Source: Diadema antillarum
Lineage: Eukaryota
NCBI RefSeq assembly: GCF_040938485.1
Contig: NW_027273095.1
Coordinates: 1 to 64,000 of the forward strand
Length of the DNA: 64,000 nucleotides
Direction: 5' to 3'
Shown here: piece after piece, positions 24,713 to 35,533 of the stretch
Numbering within the stretch: the first letter of the stretch is position 1
How the letters are laid out: every line of letters starts with the position of its first letter
Program-made: the position numbers and the translations under genes
The notes under the pieces: generated by a model
The model's database searches: none
Seen by the model: only the letters and a program-made list of their open reading frames with translations
Told to the model about the DNA's origin: nothing

Positions 24713-24923
24713 TACTGTATAACCTGTTAATTTTCGCGTACAGATATTTTCACGAATGAGGAGGACATCAACATTTTAGCGAGATGTTTCCCTGAATTGA
24801 TGCCAACGCTATTATGTAAATGCATTATCACGCTAGTGCATGGCGACATTTTTGTGTGTTGGTAATTTCGCGATTGATCCAATTGTGATTGCAAAATTCG
24901 CAAAAATAACAGCTTATACAGTA
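24713..24923. mobile_element. 211-bp TA-flanked MITE (TTTCGCG family)
   Basis: TACTGTATAA...TTATACAGTA termini and TTTTCGCG motifs. Confidence 0.75.
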
Positions 24924-25162
24924 GCAATTGCCCAATACATTTGAAGTGATGGTAAATTAGGGGTATTGTGCTCCCCCCCCACCCCCGAAAATCAACATTT
25001 TGTTGAGTTTGTTGAGATCCAGTGACAAAAAAAAAATCTTTTTTTAGTACTTAGAGAAGCAAATAGGAAATCCTCTTCCTCCTAACCTCCTCCCCCCTAA
25101 AAAAAGAATAAAAATCAGAAAGGAAGTCGCTCAAGGTACTTTACCTGTTAAAACTACATTTT

Positions 25163-25164
<2 letters not shown>

Positions 25165-25200
<36 letters not shown>
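25165..25200. repeat. (GTT)12 microsatellite
   Basis: Directly visible. Confidence 0.95.
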
Positions 25201-25232
25201 ATTTCTTTGGTCACCCTTGTATCTTTATGCAG

Positions 25233-25328
25233 AGAAGAAACAAAGTTTGTATCTCCCAGTGGCACTCATGTGGTGTACAGAGTACATCAGCGGGGCGGAA
25301 ATTATTAACCCCAGGAGATGAGATGTAA
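25233..25328 (+). CDS. Weak candidate terminal coding exon (RRNKVCISQWHSCGVQSTSAGRKLLTPGDEM* in phase 0, or EETKFVSPSGTHVVYRVHQRGGNY* in another frame)
   Basis: Acceptor tttctttggtcacccttgtatctttatgcag| followed by locally higher-GC open frames. No recognised homology. Confidence 0.2.
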   Translation, partial: RRNKVCISQWHSCGVQSTSAGRKLLTPGDEM

Positions 25329-25753
25329 TGTGATTGCAATTTTCCATTAGTGCGGCTTCTGAAGGCCATTTTGACCACTAAAGTTGGAGCCTCGATTTGC
25401 CGTAGCTTGTTCTGATATTCCAGTGTTTACATTCGTCATGAGCGCAACATGTGAAATTCTGCACTGTGTGTAGTGACTGTAAAGAATAGAATTGTGGAGC
25501 AGCTAATGCTGCAGCAGAGCATTGTCTGAGTTGACCCAAATTGATACAATTTCAGATCAGCTAGTGTGAATCTAGAGTCTTGTGGTAATGCATGAGAAAT
25601 CTTTTTATGGAAAGAAGCTTGAAAATTTTGTCTTGAAATAACGGAATCCTACACGTACACGTGTATGTAATTCTGCATTTCGTCACTTTCTAAACTTAAA
25701 ATATGAATTATGCGGAAGACGTAAAACAGTGCTAATGTAGGTAACGGATGTGT

Positions 25754-26226
25754 TACTGTAAACGTCAATATTTTCGCGCGATTAATTTTTCGCGGTGAGC
25801 GGCTTGAAAACATATTCGCGGGTTCTTAAATTCGCGCTCTCCAGCGGGTTAATACACAGTCGCTGTTTTCATCCAGCAATGCCAGCGTACGATAAGCGAC
25901 GTAGCGAGCAGCGCGAGTGCGAGTACAAGCGCTCAACTACATAGTACATGTATTTTACATGTACTGTAGGACTAGTGTAGTCGCGGGGATGTAGCACACC
26001 AATCGGCCGACGTGGGCTCGGTGCGTGCGGTGCGTGCGATGATACTGCTATATGCGTAAACATGTCTGTACTACGTAGCAGTATCATCGACGAAGCACAC
26101 CAGGCCGTTCAAAATGGCATAGAATATTGCAAAGATATAATCGCGCGTTTTTGAATTTGCGCTAGCCGAACGTAGTGCGAAATCCGCGAAAATTAATGTA
26201 CCGCGAAAATTTCTACGTTTACAGTA
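25754..26226. mobile_element. 473-bp TA-flanked MITE (TTTCGCG family, CpG-rich core)
   Basis: TACTGTAAACGT...ACGTTTACAGTA termini with multiple TTTTCGCG/CGCGAAAA. Confidence 0.8.
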
Positions 26227-26337
26227 TATACTTGATTATAAAATGGGTTCAAGAATGTAGCGAATGGGAAGCGCTGAAATGAGTCACGTGTGCGTGCATT
26301 AATTTCTCACTAACATACACAGCCTGACGTCACAATG

Positions 26338-27065
26338 TTTACACTAGCAGTGCGCACTCAATCAGTTGTTACAAGTGCGTTGCGCGCTACTATACGCGCT
26401 GTCAATCCTGTAAACAACTTCTAGTTCGGGCTGCCAGCCAGCCTTTCTTGTGTGCATGCATAACATGTGTGGCGTACGTATACTCTTATACGTACAGTAC
26501 TTATATGTGCGGGATTTCCGAGTGCGACGTGCGTAAATGTTTGGGACGAACATCTTTCGGACATCTTGACTCTTGAGCGAGTGCTACATGTAGCTGCTGG
26601 TATTGACCCACAAAGGTACGTGAAAAATGCTGTTAGTTTTCGACCCATTTTATAAAACAAATGATGCACAGGATTATTTCGTGGCGTTAGTGGAAATGCA
26701 GCTCACTCGAGGGTAGTGCAACATGCACGAGGCGAAGCCGAGTGCATGTTTCATAATTGTAAATACCCTCGAGTGCGCTACATTTCCACTAACGCCACGA
26801 AATAATCCTGTGCATCATTTGTTTTATAAAATGGGTCGAAAACTAACAGCATTTTTCACGTACCTTTGTGGGTCAATACCAGTCAGCTACATGTAGCACT
26901 CGCTCAAGAGTCAAGATGTCCGAAAGATGTTCGTCCCAAACATTTACGCACATCGCACTCGGAAATCCCGCACATATAAGTACTGTACGTATAAGAGTAT
27001 ACGTACGCCACACATGTTATGCATGCACACAAGAAACGCACTCTATCCTGTGCATCATTTGTATA
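26338..27065. mobile_element. Unclassified dispersed element carrying a 593-bp internal fold-back (26444-27036)
   Basis: The left part is the reverse complement of 63558-64000. Central GCACGAGGCGAAGCCGAGTGC hairpin motif. The arms are nearly identical. True left boundary uncertain. Confidence 0.8.
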
Positions 27066-27292
27066 TTATCAAGATACTGTTTTTAAAGGAATTTCTCTAT
27101 GTAAATTCATTAGCTTGTATGTCATTCAATATCTTCTTTATAATGATAAAAGAATTGATATATCATATCTCTATTCCAAGTACAACACTTGAACCTAACA
27201 TATGCCATCCCTGTCTGCATGTGTACATTTTTGATAGAAACAAACACAGATGAAAAAATAAAAAATTGAAGGGAAATCATTGTCAACATGAA

Positions 27293-27504
27293 TACTGTAA
27301 GACCAGAAATTTTCGCTCGTATTCTAATTTCGCGAATTTTGTGAGAGCCAAGATTCACAAAATTAAAATGCATTTGAAAATTCTTTTCTACACTATGATA
27401 CATTGAATGCCAGTAGCAATTCGCAAACATTTTATGCCATGAAAATTGCCATCGGCTTTAATTCGCGAAAACGTCATGCCGTGAAAACTGTTTCCATTAC
27501 AGTA
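27293..27504. mobile_element. 212-bp TA-flanked MITE (inverted relative to 15710-15920)
   Basis: TACTGTAA...TTACAGTA termini and a shared internal sequence. Confidence 0.75.
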
Positions 27505-27548
27505 GTGGTACTGGCAGCTACACACTGTACCCTTCATATGAAGAATGC

Positions 27549-27765
27549 GGTGACACGACACTTTGCGCCTGTGATAATTGCTCTGGTCTTATTTTCTGAG
27601 AGGACTTTATAGGGTTAGGGTTGTAATAGGGTTTTAGGTTTAGTTTGATGTGAGGATTAGGATTACAGTAGGTTTAGGGTTATGTTTGTGGGTCGAAATT
27701 ATGTTTTGCTTTGCGTGCAGATATTCCATGGGAGCAATCGTTGCAGGAAGAAATGTCATGGAACC
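27549..27765. mobile_element. Degenerate TIR element with an internal telomere-like (TTAGGG-type) tract
   Basis: Imperfect IR ggtgacacgacacttt..ataattgctc / gagcaatcgt..aaatgtcatggaacc flanks agggttagggtt..tagggttttaggtttag..tttagggtt. Confidence 0.5.
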
Positions 27766-30700
27766 AGAAACTGCATGGTAAACATGAGCAAGTGGACTGT
27801 ATGAGCAAGACTAGCTGTGCCTAAAGGATTTTTTTCCCTGCTCACAACTTTCACAGTGAACTGCAGACAAATTGACCCAACACTAATTGCTAGCATTCAT
27901 CCAATACAGACCCAAATTCACACCATGTAAACCAATATTGATTAAATTATCTTTTAGTTTCCCACACTTGTATCTATCCCGTGGTATGGGGTGACAGAGC
28001 AACGTATGATATTAGCACGGTTGTATGTGTCACGAGGAATTATGCTGTGGAGCAATTAAAATGGGTCGCAATTTCACCATTTACCTCGCCTATGTGGTTT
28101 CTTAATGCCCACATGCAGTATTGATTTCATGCTTTCTTACAGTTTCCATTTTGCTACGTGCTCTGTGACACAGTTTTATCTCTGTACATACGTGTCTGCA
28201 AGATGAATTTCTGAATTTGATCTAACACAAAATTTATTATGCTTGCACACATCAAAAGGTTCATTGATGAAATTCAGAAGGGTTGTGTACATTGTATGCA
28301 GCTGTTTAGACAGTGTAGATTTGTCAAGTGCTAGTCTGAATTTTCAGCATCGGTTGTCATTCAAGTCGACGACTGTCATTCAAGTATTAGACTACTTAGT
28401 ACTCTCGTTTTAATAAAAGTATACACTCTGTCTGTAGAGAGAGTTGTGTATTTGTCTCAGAGGCTTGTCATGTAGAACACAGTTGCACGGAATGTAATTT
28501 GCTGTACATAGTTACCAGGAGTGCGCCCATTTCCAGTTCCTTGAATGATGCCAGGAGGCTGAAGGATTGGGGTTACCCATTTTTTTTTCTTTTTTTTTGC
28601 TCCCACATCTTGTTAAGAAATTCAATTCAAGTAGAATGAAAAGGTCAAAGTTCAGAATCAGAGGTTGCCAAAATTTAGTGCAGATACCATGTATCTGTCT
28701 TTTGATTCCACTAGATGTAATGTGGGTAGCAACATAATTTGCATTGAATAGAAATAAATTGGAAATGAGGTTCTTTTTTGGTTGGTTTGTTTGAGATATC
28801 ATTGATATATACATTTTGTGAATTATAAGTAAATGAAGTGCGCTGACATTGGCCCAGAAAGGAGAATGGATTGTGGAAAAAGTTTTCCTCTTGTGTACAG
28901 TAATATGTTTAAAAAAAAAAAAAAAATTATGCAGACCTGATAACCACATCGCCTTTAAATGTCTCTGTTTACCCATCTCTCCCATGTTACTGAGGAATAA
29001 TATGAATTTTCCCCTTTACTTTTTTTTTTCATGAGAACTATATTTCATGTCTCTCCTTCATATCTCAGATTATCATCTGCATGTCCTGGTGGAATAAGAA
29101 AAAAAAAATGTTGCCAGCTTGCTCTCTGTTCAGCAAATGTTGCAGTTTTGTTGTGTTTTTGGCTTTAGTCGTTTTAAGATATGAAATTCCACTCATCAGT
29201 CATATGCACCCGGCCATTTATCTCAAGCAGGTGCTTGGCATAAAAATGTCATATAAGTTGCATAGACCCCTGAGCAAATTTTATACTTGTAGTAAAAATG
29301 GCATAGCCAATTGCTCCGTGTTTTGAAATATAATTCCTTGAGAGTCAAAGAAGAGAAGGAAGATTTTTTTTTTTTTTTTTTGATTGAATCAAGAGCAAAA
29401 ACTGGGTGCTGGCATATTGCAGACAAAGGGTATTTTATCAAATGTGATATAAAAAGCTTTGAGCTTTCTTTGTGGAGTGTTCCTGTCTGTACAAATGCAG
29501 TCTATCCTTTGAAAATCGATTTGCCATTCATAATTAGTTTATGAGATTAATATCTTTCTTCCTTGTTGATGAGCACTTGTTCTGTTTCTTAAAAGCCTTG
29601 TCCCCTTTTTACAGCGATGCTGGTATAGTAAGTTGAACAAGATGCACTCTTTAATGCTTAATTGTCAGTTGGGAATGGTATTGTCTTGTAAGATCTCTAC
29701 ATTATTCTTTTGTGCAGAAAATGTTGTAATACATACCTAGCAGAAAACGAAAATCACAAGTACCTGTATGTAAAATGAATGGCATCTGGGATTAGATTAT
29801 GGATGGCTGGCAGTAGCACCATATGTGGTTTTTCTCAGAAGGGCTATCTAATTATAATGTTCTTTCTCGGCTGAGTTCTTAAAAAAAAAAAATGAGCAAA
29901 CATTCTGAGTGATAATCATCTGTAAAAATCTTCTTGATGTACTGGTATCGCATTTCACTGTGAATGTCATTACTGTAATGGTATTGGGAGTGGAGGGATC
30001 TATATGGTTTTTGGCAATCACCAAAATTAAAGTATCGTGTTACTTCAAATATACAGTGAAATAAATAAGAACAGAACAGGTTGGATAGCTCAGGTAGGAA
30101 GCCAGGAAGGAGGGGAGTGGTACGTAGTTAGACTTGTTGCCAGCTTTCTTGCAAATTTATCCAGTCTTTTTCAGTTAATAGATTTTTCTTCCATTTGTGT
30201 GTCTTATCATACTCACTCTTATATTATTTTCTTTGTTTTAAATCAAAAGTTAAAGAAATAGTGATTGGGAGTAGTGAGGTTTGAGATACAGGTGTAAGTT
30301 TTTTTTTTTTTTGTGAAATAATTTTTGTTTTTTGGAAGAGCCTAGGGGACAAATAGTAAAATTATCAAAATCAACAGAAAGTCTGAAAGCCAGACTAACC
30401 AAGGGCATTGAGGGGAGAATTTCATATTTATTGGAATATGCTTCGCTAGTTACAAGAAGTATGGGGAATTGAGATTGATGAAGAGGAAAGAGAGTGTGTT
30501 GTGTGGGTAATTGGATGAGAATTGTATTTCCCTGTAGATATGGCTCTGTAATATAGAAGATGTAGAAAAGTTACCAAGGAGGAGACAGAGACCTGTTTCA
30601 GAACGTCGTTTCTGAGGCATGTAGCTAAGCTCGTTTAGAGCTTTTACAGACACTGAAATGAGACAAAGGAAAATTATCGCTGATCTTCAACTGCTAGTTA

Positions 30701-30775
30701 ATGATAAGCCATACTACAGTACATGTGTTCCACAATCTGAAATTCTTGTTGGTTACGCATCATAAGTAACTCTAA

Positions 30776-31332
30776 GACCCCGTTTACAGTGCGGGGCTGG
30801 GCCGAGCCGCGGCTGAGCCCAGCCTCAATTGCGAGGCCGGGCCCCGCAATTTTGTCCGTTTACACTGCCGGGCTTGGCCGCGCTTTTGATTCAAACCTTT
30901 CAATATGTTCTCGTAGTGGCGCTCTGCTTGTAAACAAATGCAATTTGGTATTGCCTGGTTTTCAGACCCTTTGCCAAATGAATTCCGTGGCGATGAAGTC
31001 GCCGTTCGGGCAAAGGCCTTTGCCGAAGGAAAAAATCCTTTGCAGGACAAAATCACCTCAAACTATACTAGTTTTCAACGTTGAGGGGGTTAATATCTTG
31101 AACAGCGAAATAGTACAGGCAGAGGGTTTGGAAGCCAGACTAAAATTGGCCGCGCATTTGGCCCAGTTTTCGTTTACACTGAGAAAAGGCCGGGCTTGGC
31201 CGCGGCCGAGACCACCTCCAGAGCGAGGCCAAATGCGAGGCCAATTTTGGCCTCGCATTTGTCCTTTTGCGCGTTTACACTGAAGCGGGGCTGGGCCGAG
31301 CCGCGGCCGAGCCTCGCACTGTAAACGGGGTC
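30776..31332. mobile_element. 557-bp PIF/Harbinger-type MITE
   Basis: Perfect 18-bp TIR GACCCCGTTTACAGTGCG with TAA TSD on both sides (30773-75, 31333-35). Internal CGTTTACACT and GCGGGGCTGGGCCGAGCCGCGGC repeats. Confidence 0.9.
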
Positions 31333-32429
31333 TAATTATGCAAGGAAGGTGATGGAAGTGGAGACAGGTCAAACTGAGCTTCATCTTTTCAATCTTTTCA
31401 AACCAGAATTAAGCAAAACTCCAGTGGAGAGCATCTCTGGACCATGATGATTTGAGCATTATGCTTGAAAAAAAAAAGTGTCCTTGAGGCTTGCTCTCAT
31501 GCTTTCAAAAATGACTTGTAAATTGGCATGAAACAACTTTTAAAATATTTACAAACAAGTCAATTGTAAGTGTAAAACCTCTCAGAGATTTTTAAAGGAG
31601 GGTGTGGGGGGGGGGGGTATCAGTGACTTGTTGACTGACGATAAGATCAGTTCCATCCAGCCTGGAAAACGGTAACCCAGACACCAGCAATATTGATGAG
31701 CAAATGGAAGATAATGATCTCAATGATGAGTGCAATGATTGTGTGAAAATCAGATGACCCAATGAGGTCATACTGATGAGGTCATCAGGGTTCTCGCCAG
31801 GAATTTCTTCACGCTTGTCGGCATTTATGCGCGCTGTTCTGGGGGTGGGTACGGGAGGGGGGTTCCCCCTCCCGCGCGAAGCGCGGAAGCCTTCGCTAAT
31901 GCTCAATACAACACAGATAAATTGCCGCTAAAATGCCACTAAATGCGACATTTTCACGGAGATGTAATGAACGTTGTGAGGGGCATATTCTCACAGAAAC
32001 AATGCAGAAACTCCATACCTTTTGTTAGCGGCAGTTCCTAAATAATAAATGAAAGAGAAGTAGGTGCCGATGGTGGAGGTTCCGATTTCTTTTAGGCCTT
32101 TCCTGTTTCACTGTTGCAATAATTAGCCGCCTCTGCATGCATCGCAACAACGCGCGCCGTGTTGCTTTCTCGCCGTCTGCTCGACCACGTGGTAGGCCTA
32201 TTGCATGCAGATGCGCGAGAAGCGATCGAGAACTTTCGGGACATCGTTGCACTTTCCTTTCTGGGTATACTGCGGTAGTTTGGCGGTGACATCAAAGAGA
32301 TATCATACAAAAATGTAATGATGGTCATTATTCCGAAGGTTTGTTTAATCATAAAATGAAACGATTCATTACTGAGTACTTCGAAGGTTTGTAATCGGAA
32401 ACAACAACACCAAAGGTCGGTACTACAGA

Positions 32430-33840
32430 TGAATGTTCAAAATAAAACTGATTTCGTTCGAAGATTAACAAGCATTTTTTCTATATTATTTTCCGATCAA
32501 CGAACCTTCAGAAAGGAATCTATCATCTATCATCGTTATTGCTTCAGAAAAACAAACCTTCTGAATAAGAAAACACCCTTTTGGGGCCGTTGTTGTATTC
32601 CGAAATTATACTGGCAGAACATTCGAAATAACAAAACTGATTTCGTTTGGATATAAACGAATATTTTCTCCTTTATCATTTTTCTATTAACGATCATTCA
32701 GAATTAAGAATGTAGAGTATTATTTTGCCATTATTCTTTCGGAGTAACGAACCCTCAGGGTAAGAAAACTGTAACCGTTTTCATTTCTTCTTTATCGTTT
32801 TCCGATTAACGATCGTTCAGAATTAAGAATCTAAAGTATATTATATCGTTATTCTTTCGCAGTAACGAACCTTCAGAGTAAAAGAAAACTGTAACCGTTT
32901 GGGGCCGTCGTTTTATTCTGAAATTTCGAAATAACAAAACTGATTTCGTTGTGAAATGAACGGACATTTTTTTAAAATCATTTTTGGATTAACGAACCTT
33001 CAGAATAAGGAATAGAGCATTATTTTTTCATTAATCTGTCGGAGTAACGAACCCTAAGAGTAAGAAAAGTGCAACTGTTTTTGGGGCAGTTTTATTCCAA
33101 ATTTCACTGGCAAAACGTTCGAAATGACGCACTGATTTCGTTTTGAAATTTACGGACATTTTTCTTTATTCAATTTTCGGTTAACGAACCTTCAGAATAA
33201 AGAATCTATTGTTATTACATCCGACACTTCTGTCGGAATAACAGACCCTTATAGAGTACGAAAACACGCTGTTTTGTGCCGTCGTTTTATTCCGAAATTT
33301 CACCGACAGAAACGTTCGAAATAACAAAACTGATTTCGTTGTGAAATGAACGGACGTTTTTTCTTAATCATTTTTTTTGGATTAACGAACCTTCAGAATA
33401 GGGAACCTAGCATTATTTTATCATTAATCTGTCGGAGTAACGAACCCTCAGAGTAAGAAAACTGCAACTATTTTGGGGCAGTCGTTTTATTCCAAAATTT
33501 CACTGGCAAAACGTTTGAAATGACGCACTGATTTCGTTTTGAAATTTACGGACATTTTTCTTTATTCAATTTTCGGTTAACAAACCTTCAGAATAAAGAA
33601 TCTACAATTTATTATTTCATCATTACTACTTCTGTCGGAATAAGAGACCCTTAGAGTACGAAAACACGCTGTTTTGTACCGTCGTTTTATTCCGAAATTT
33701 CACTGGCAGAACGTTCGAAATAACAAAACTGATTTCGTCGTGAAATGAACGGACATTTGTTCTTAATCATTTTTGGATTAACGAACCTTCAGAATAAAGA
33801 ATCTAGCATCATTTTATCATTAATCTGTCGGAGTAACGAA
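32430..33840. repeat. Tandem array of ~190-200-bp units (about 7-8), with an A/B dimeric higher-order repeat in the distal part
   Basis: Anchor ACTGATTTCGT recurs at about 32446, 32636, 32939, 33130, 33329, 33526 and 33728. Units alternate GTGAAATGAACGGAC (A) and TTGAAATTTACGGAC (B). Confidence 0.9.
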
Positions 33841-34719
33841 AAAAAAATGAATCTTGGTGGCGATAACTGATGCTGGTGTAGAGAAAAACAAAGACAGCTC
33901 GCTCAAAAGATGCTTCCTTCTTTCAGTTTATTTTCTCCCCAGTCATTCCTATCGTTCTCCTCCCATGAACCCCTGCCATGCAGGGACGATGAACAAAACA
34001 AAATGTTACCGATGCTGCAATGAAAAAAAAAGAAAGAAAGAAACACGTCCTCAAAGCAAATTATCTATATACACTTTTCAAGTTGAACAAATTGATGTTC
34101 GTAATGAAGAATAAAAAAAAAAAGCACGACCTCAAGCAGTGGGGAAACTTGATATCATGGCTTGTGGAAATTTCCACGATATTTCCACGAAAGCCAGGTG
34201 TCAGATAAAGAATGTCGCGCGTACTGCCACCTTGCTTCAGTGGTCGTAAACAGCGTGTACATAGCATGTAAACCAACTGGGAACATTGATGAATGATCAT
34301 CATTTATTTTCTGCCCATGAAGGCCCCCTAACCCACCTTTTAACAAACCAAGCCAGAAGCACGTGGAGCATTACGTATACGTTGAACTTGAAAGACCATC
34401 ATGACAGAATTACTATAAATTTCGGCCCGGAGAAGGAAAATGGAATATTCACGAATGACGTTTACAAATCCATAGAAATTGAAAAGGCTAAAATGGAACG
34501 CATGGCTTTTTAGATTTAAAAAAAAATAACCCACTGAAACTACCAAAACCTAAATAACAATTTGCATTTGCTTACTCCATCGCACGTTCTTTTTTCTTTT
34601 CTTTTTTTAACGAAAAATGGAGTTAATTTTCTCTCTGCGGCAATGCTTTGAACGCATCTAATTTTGCGTCATTGCCGATGGCCAGCTTCCTAAAGAATTG
34701 ATACGAATCCTTTCAAATA

Positions 34720-34934
34720 TACGAAACAAAGTCTAAAGATCCTGGATCCTGGCGGTGAATTTCGGTGGTATTATAAATCCTGCTCACTATCAAAATTTAA
34801 TCATCTGTTCCTTGCACCATTTTACCAACCAACTGTTCCTGAAAATTTCATCCTAATCTGTTCCCAAATTTTGACTTATTTTGCGAATAGAGAGACAGAC
34901 AGGCAGACAAACTAACAAACAAACCAAAGCAGCC

Positions 34935-34968
<34 letters not shown>

Positions 34969-34982
34969 CCTTTGGCGGAGGG
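34720..34982 (-). mobile_element. 5' part of a Helentron/DINE-1-like non-autonomous element
   Basis: The minus strand reads CCTCCGCCAAAGGTTGTATTT(T)n, then a GTTT/CTGT microsatellite, then GGATGAAATTTTCAGGAA...GATCCAGGATC. This is a typical 5' layout of such elements. The 3' end was not found. Confidence 0.55.
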
Positions 34983-35424
34983 GGGCATGCATTTCATATC
35001 GTTTGTTTTTGCGTAACCCGACAACAAGCGTGACAACAAGCGAGCACGTGTCAGCCTTCCTCAGCCTCCCTCGGCCTCCGACCCTCTCTTCCCGTCCTCT
35101 CTCTCCCTCTCACAATAGACAGTAGCGTTGTACACGCACGCGGCTGGATAAGTGGCCGGCTGGGTGCTTGTGCATGTGTGTGTGGATCCCAAATCAGAGC
35201 GCATGTGGTGAGCAAGTGTGTGATGTGGTGTGTATCTGCAGGGAGGTAGTACGTCGCTCTGTTGAGCCGCGTTGTTGTGATCGGTGCGGTGACTGCGTGG
35301 GTAAATTTTTGCGCTTGTATAAGTATGTAAACTGCTGCTGCTTTCAACATCTAGCTTCTTTTCTAGTCAGATAATAAAGACTGAAAAAGGCGAGAAATTG
35401 GTCCGAACTTAGCTCGTCAAGCAA

Positions 35425-35533
35425 GTTACCCTTGTCGGCAAGTTCACGCGTGGTGTTACCCTTGTCGGCAAGTTTTACCCTTGTCGGCAATTGCTTCTTC
35501 AAACCGCACGCTTGTCGGGGCCGACAAGGGTGA
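35425..35533. repeat. Three direct copies of TTACCCTTGTCGGCAA plus a CTTGTCGG-GG-CCGACAAG hairpin
   Basis: Copies at 35425, 35455 and 35475; hairpin at 35511-35528. Confidence 0.85.

Noticed and set aside
28512-28985. 157-aa minus ORF
   Set aside because: Low complexity, crosses poly-A/T runs, no domain.
30784-31384. ORFs of 164, 108 and 90 aa
   Set aside because: They lie within the GC-rich Harbinger MITE and carry no transposase motifs.
32430-33840. CRISPR-like repeat-spacer array
   Set aside because: Eukaryotic context, whole units are homologous (no unique spacers), and there are no cas genes.
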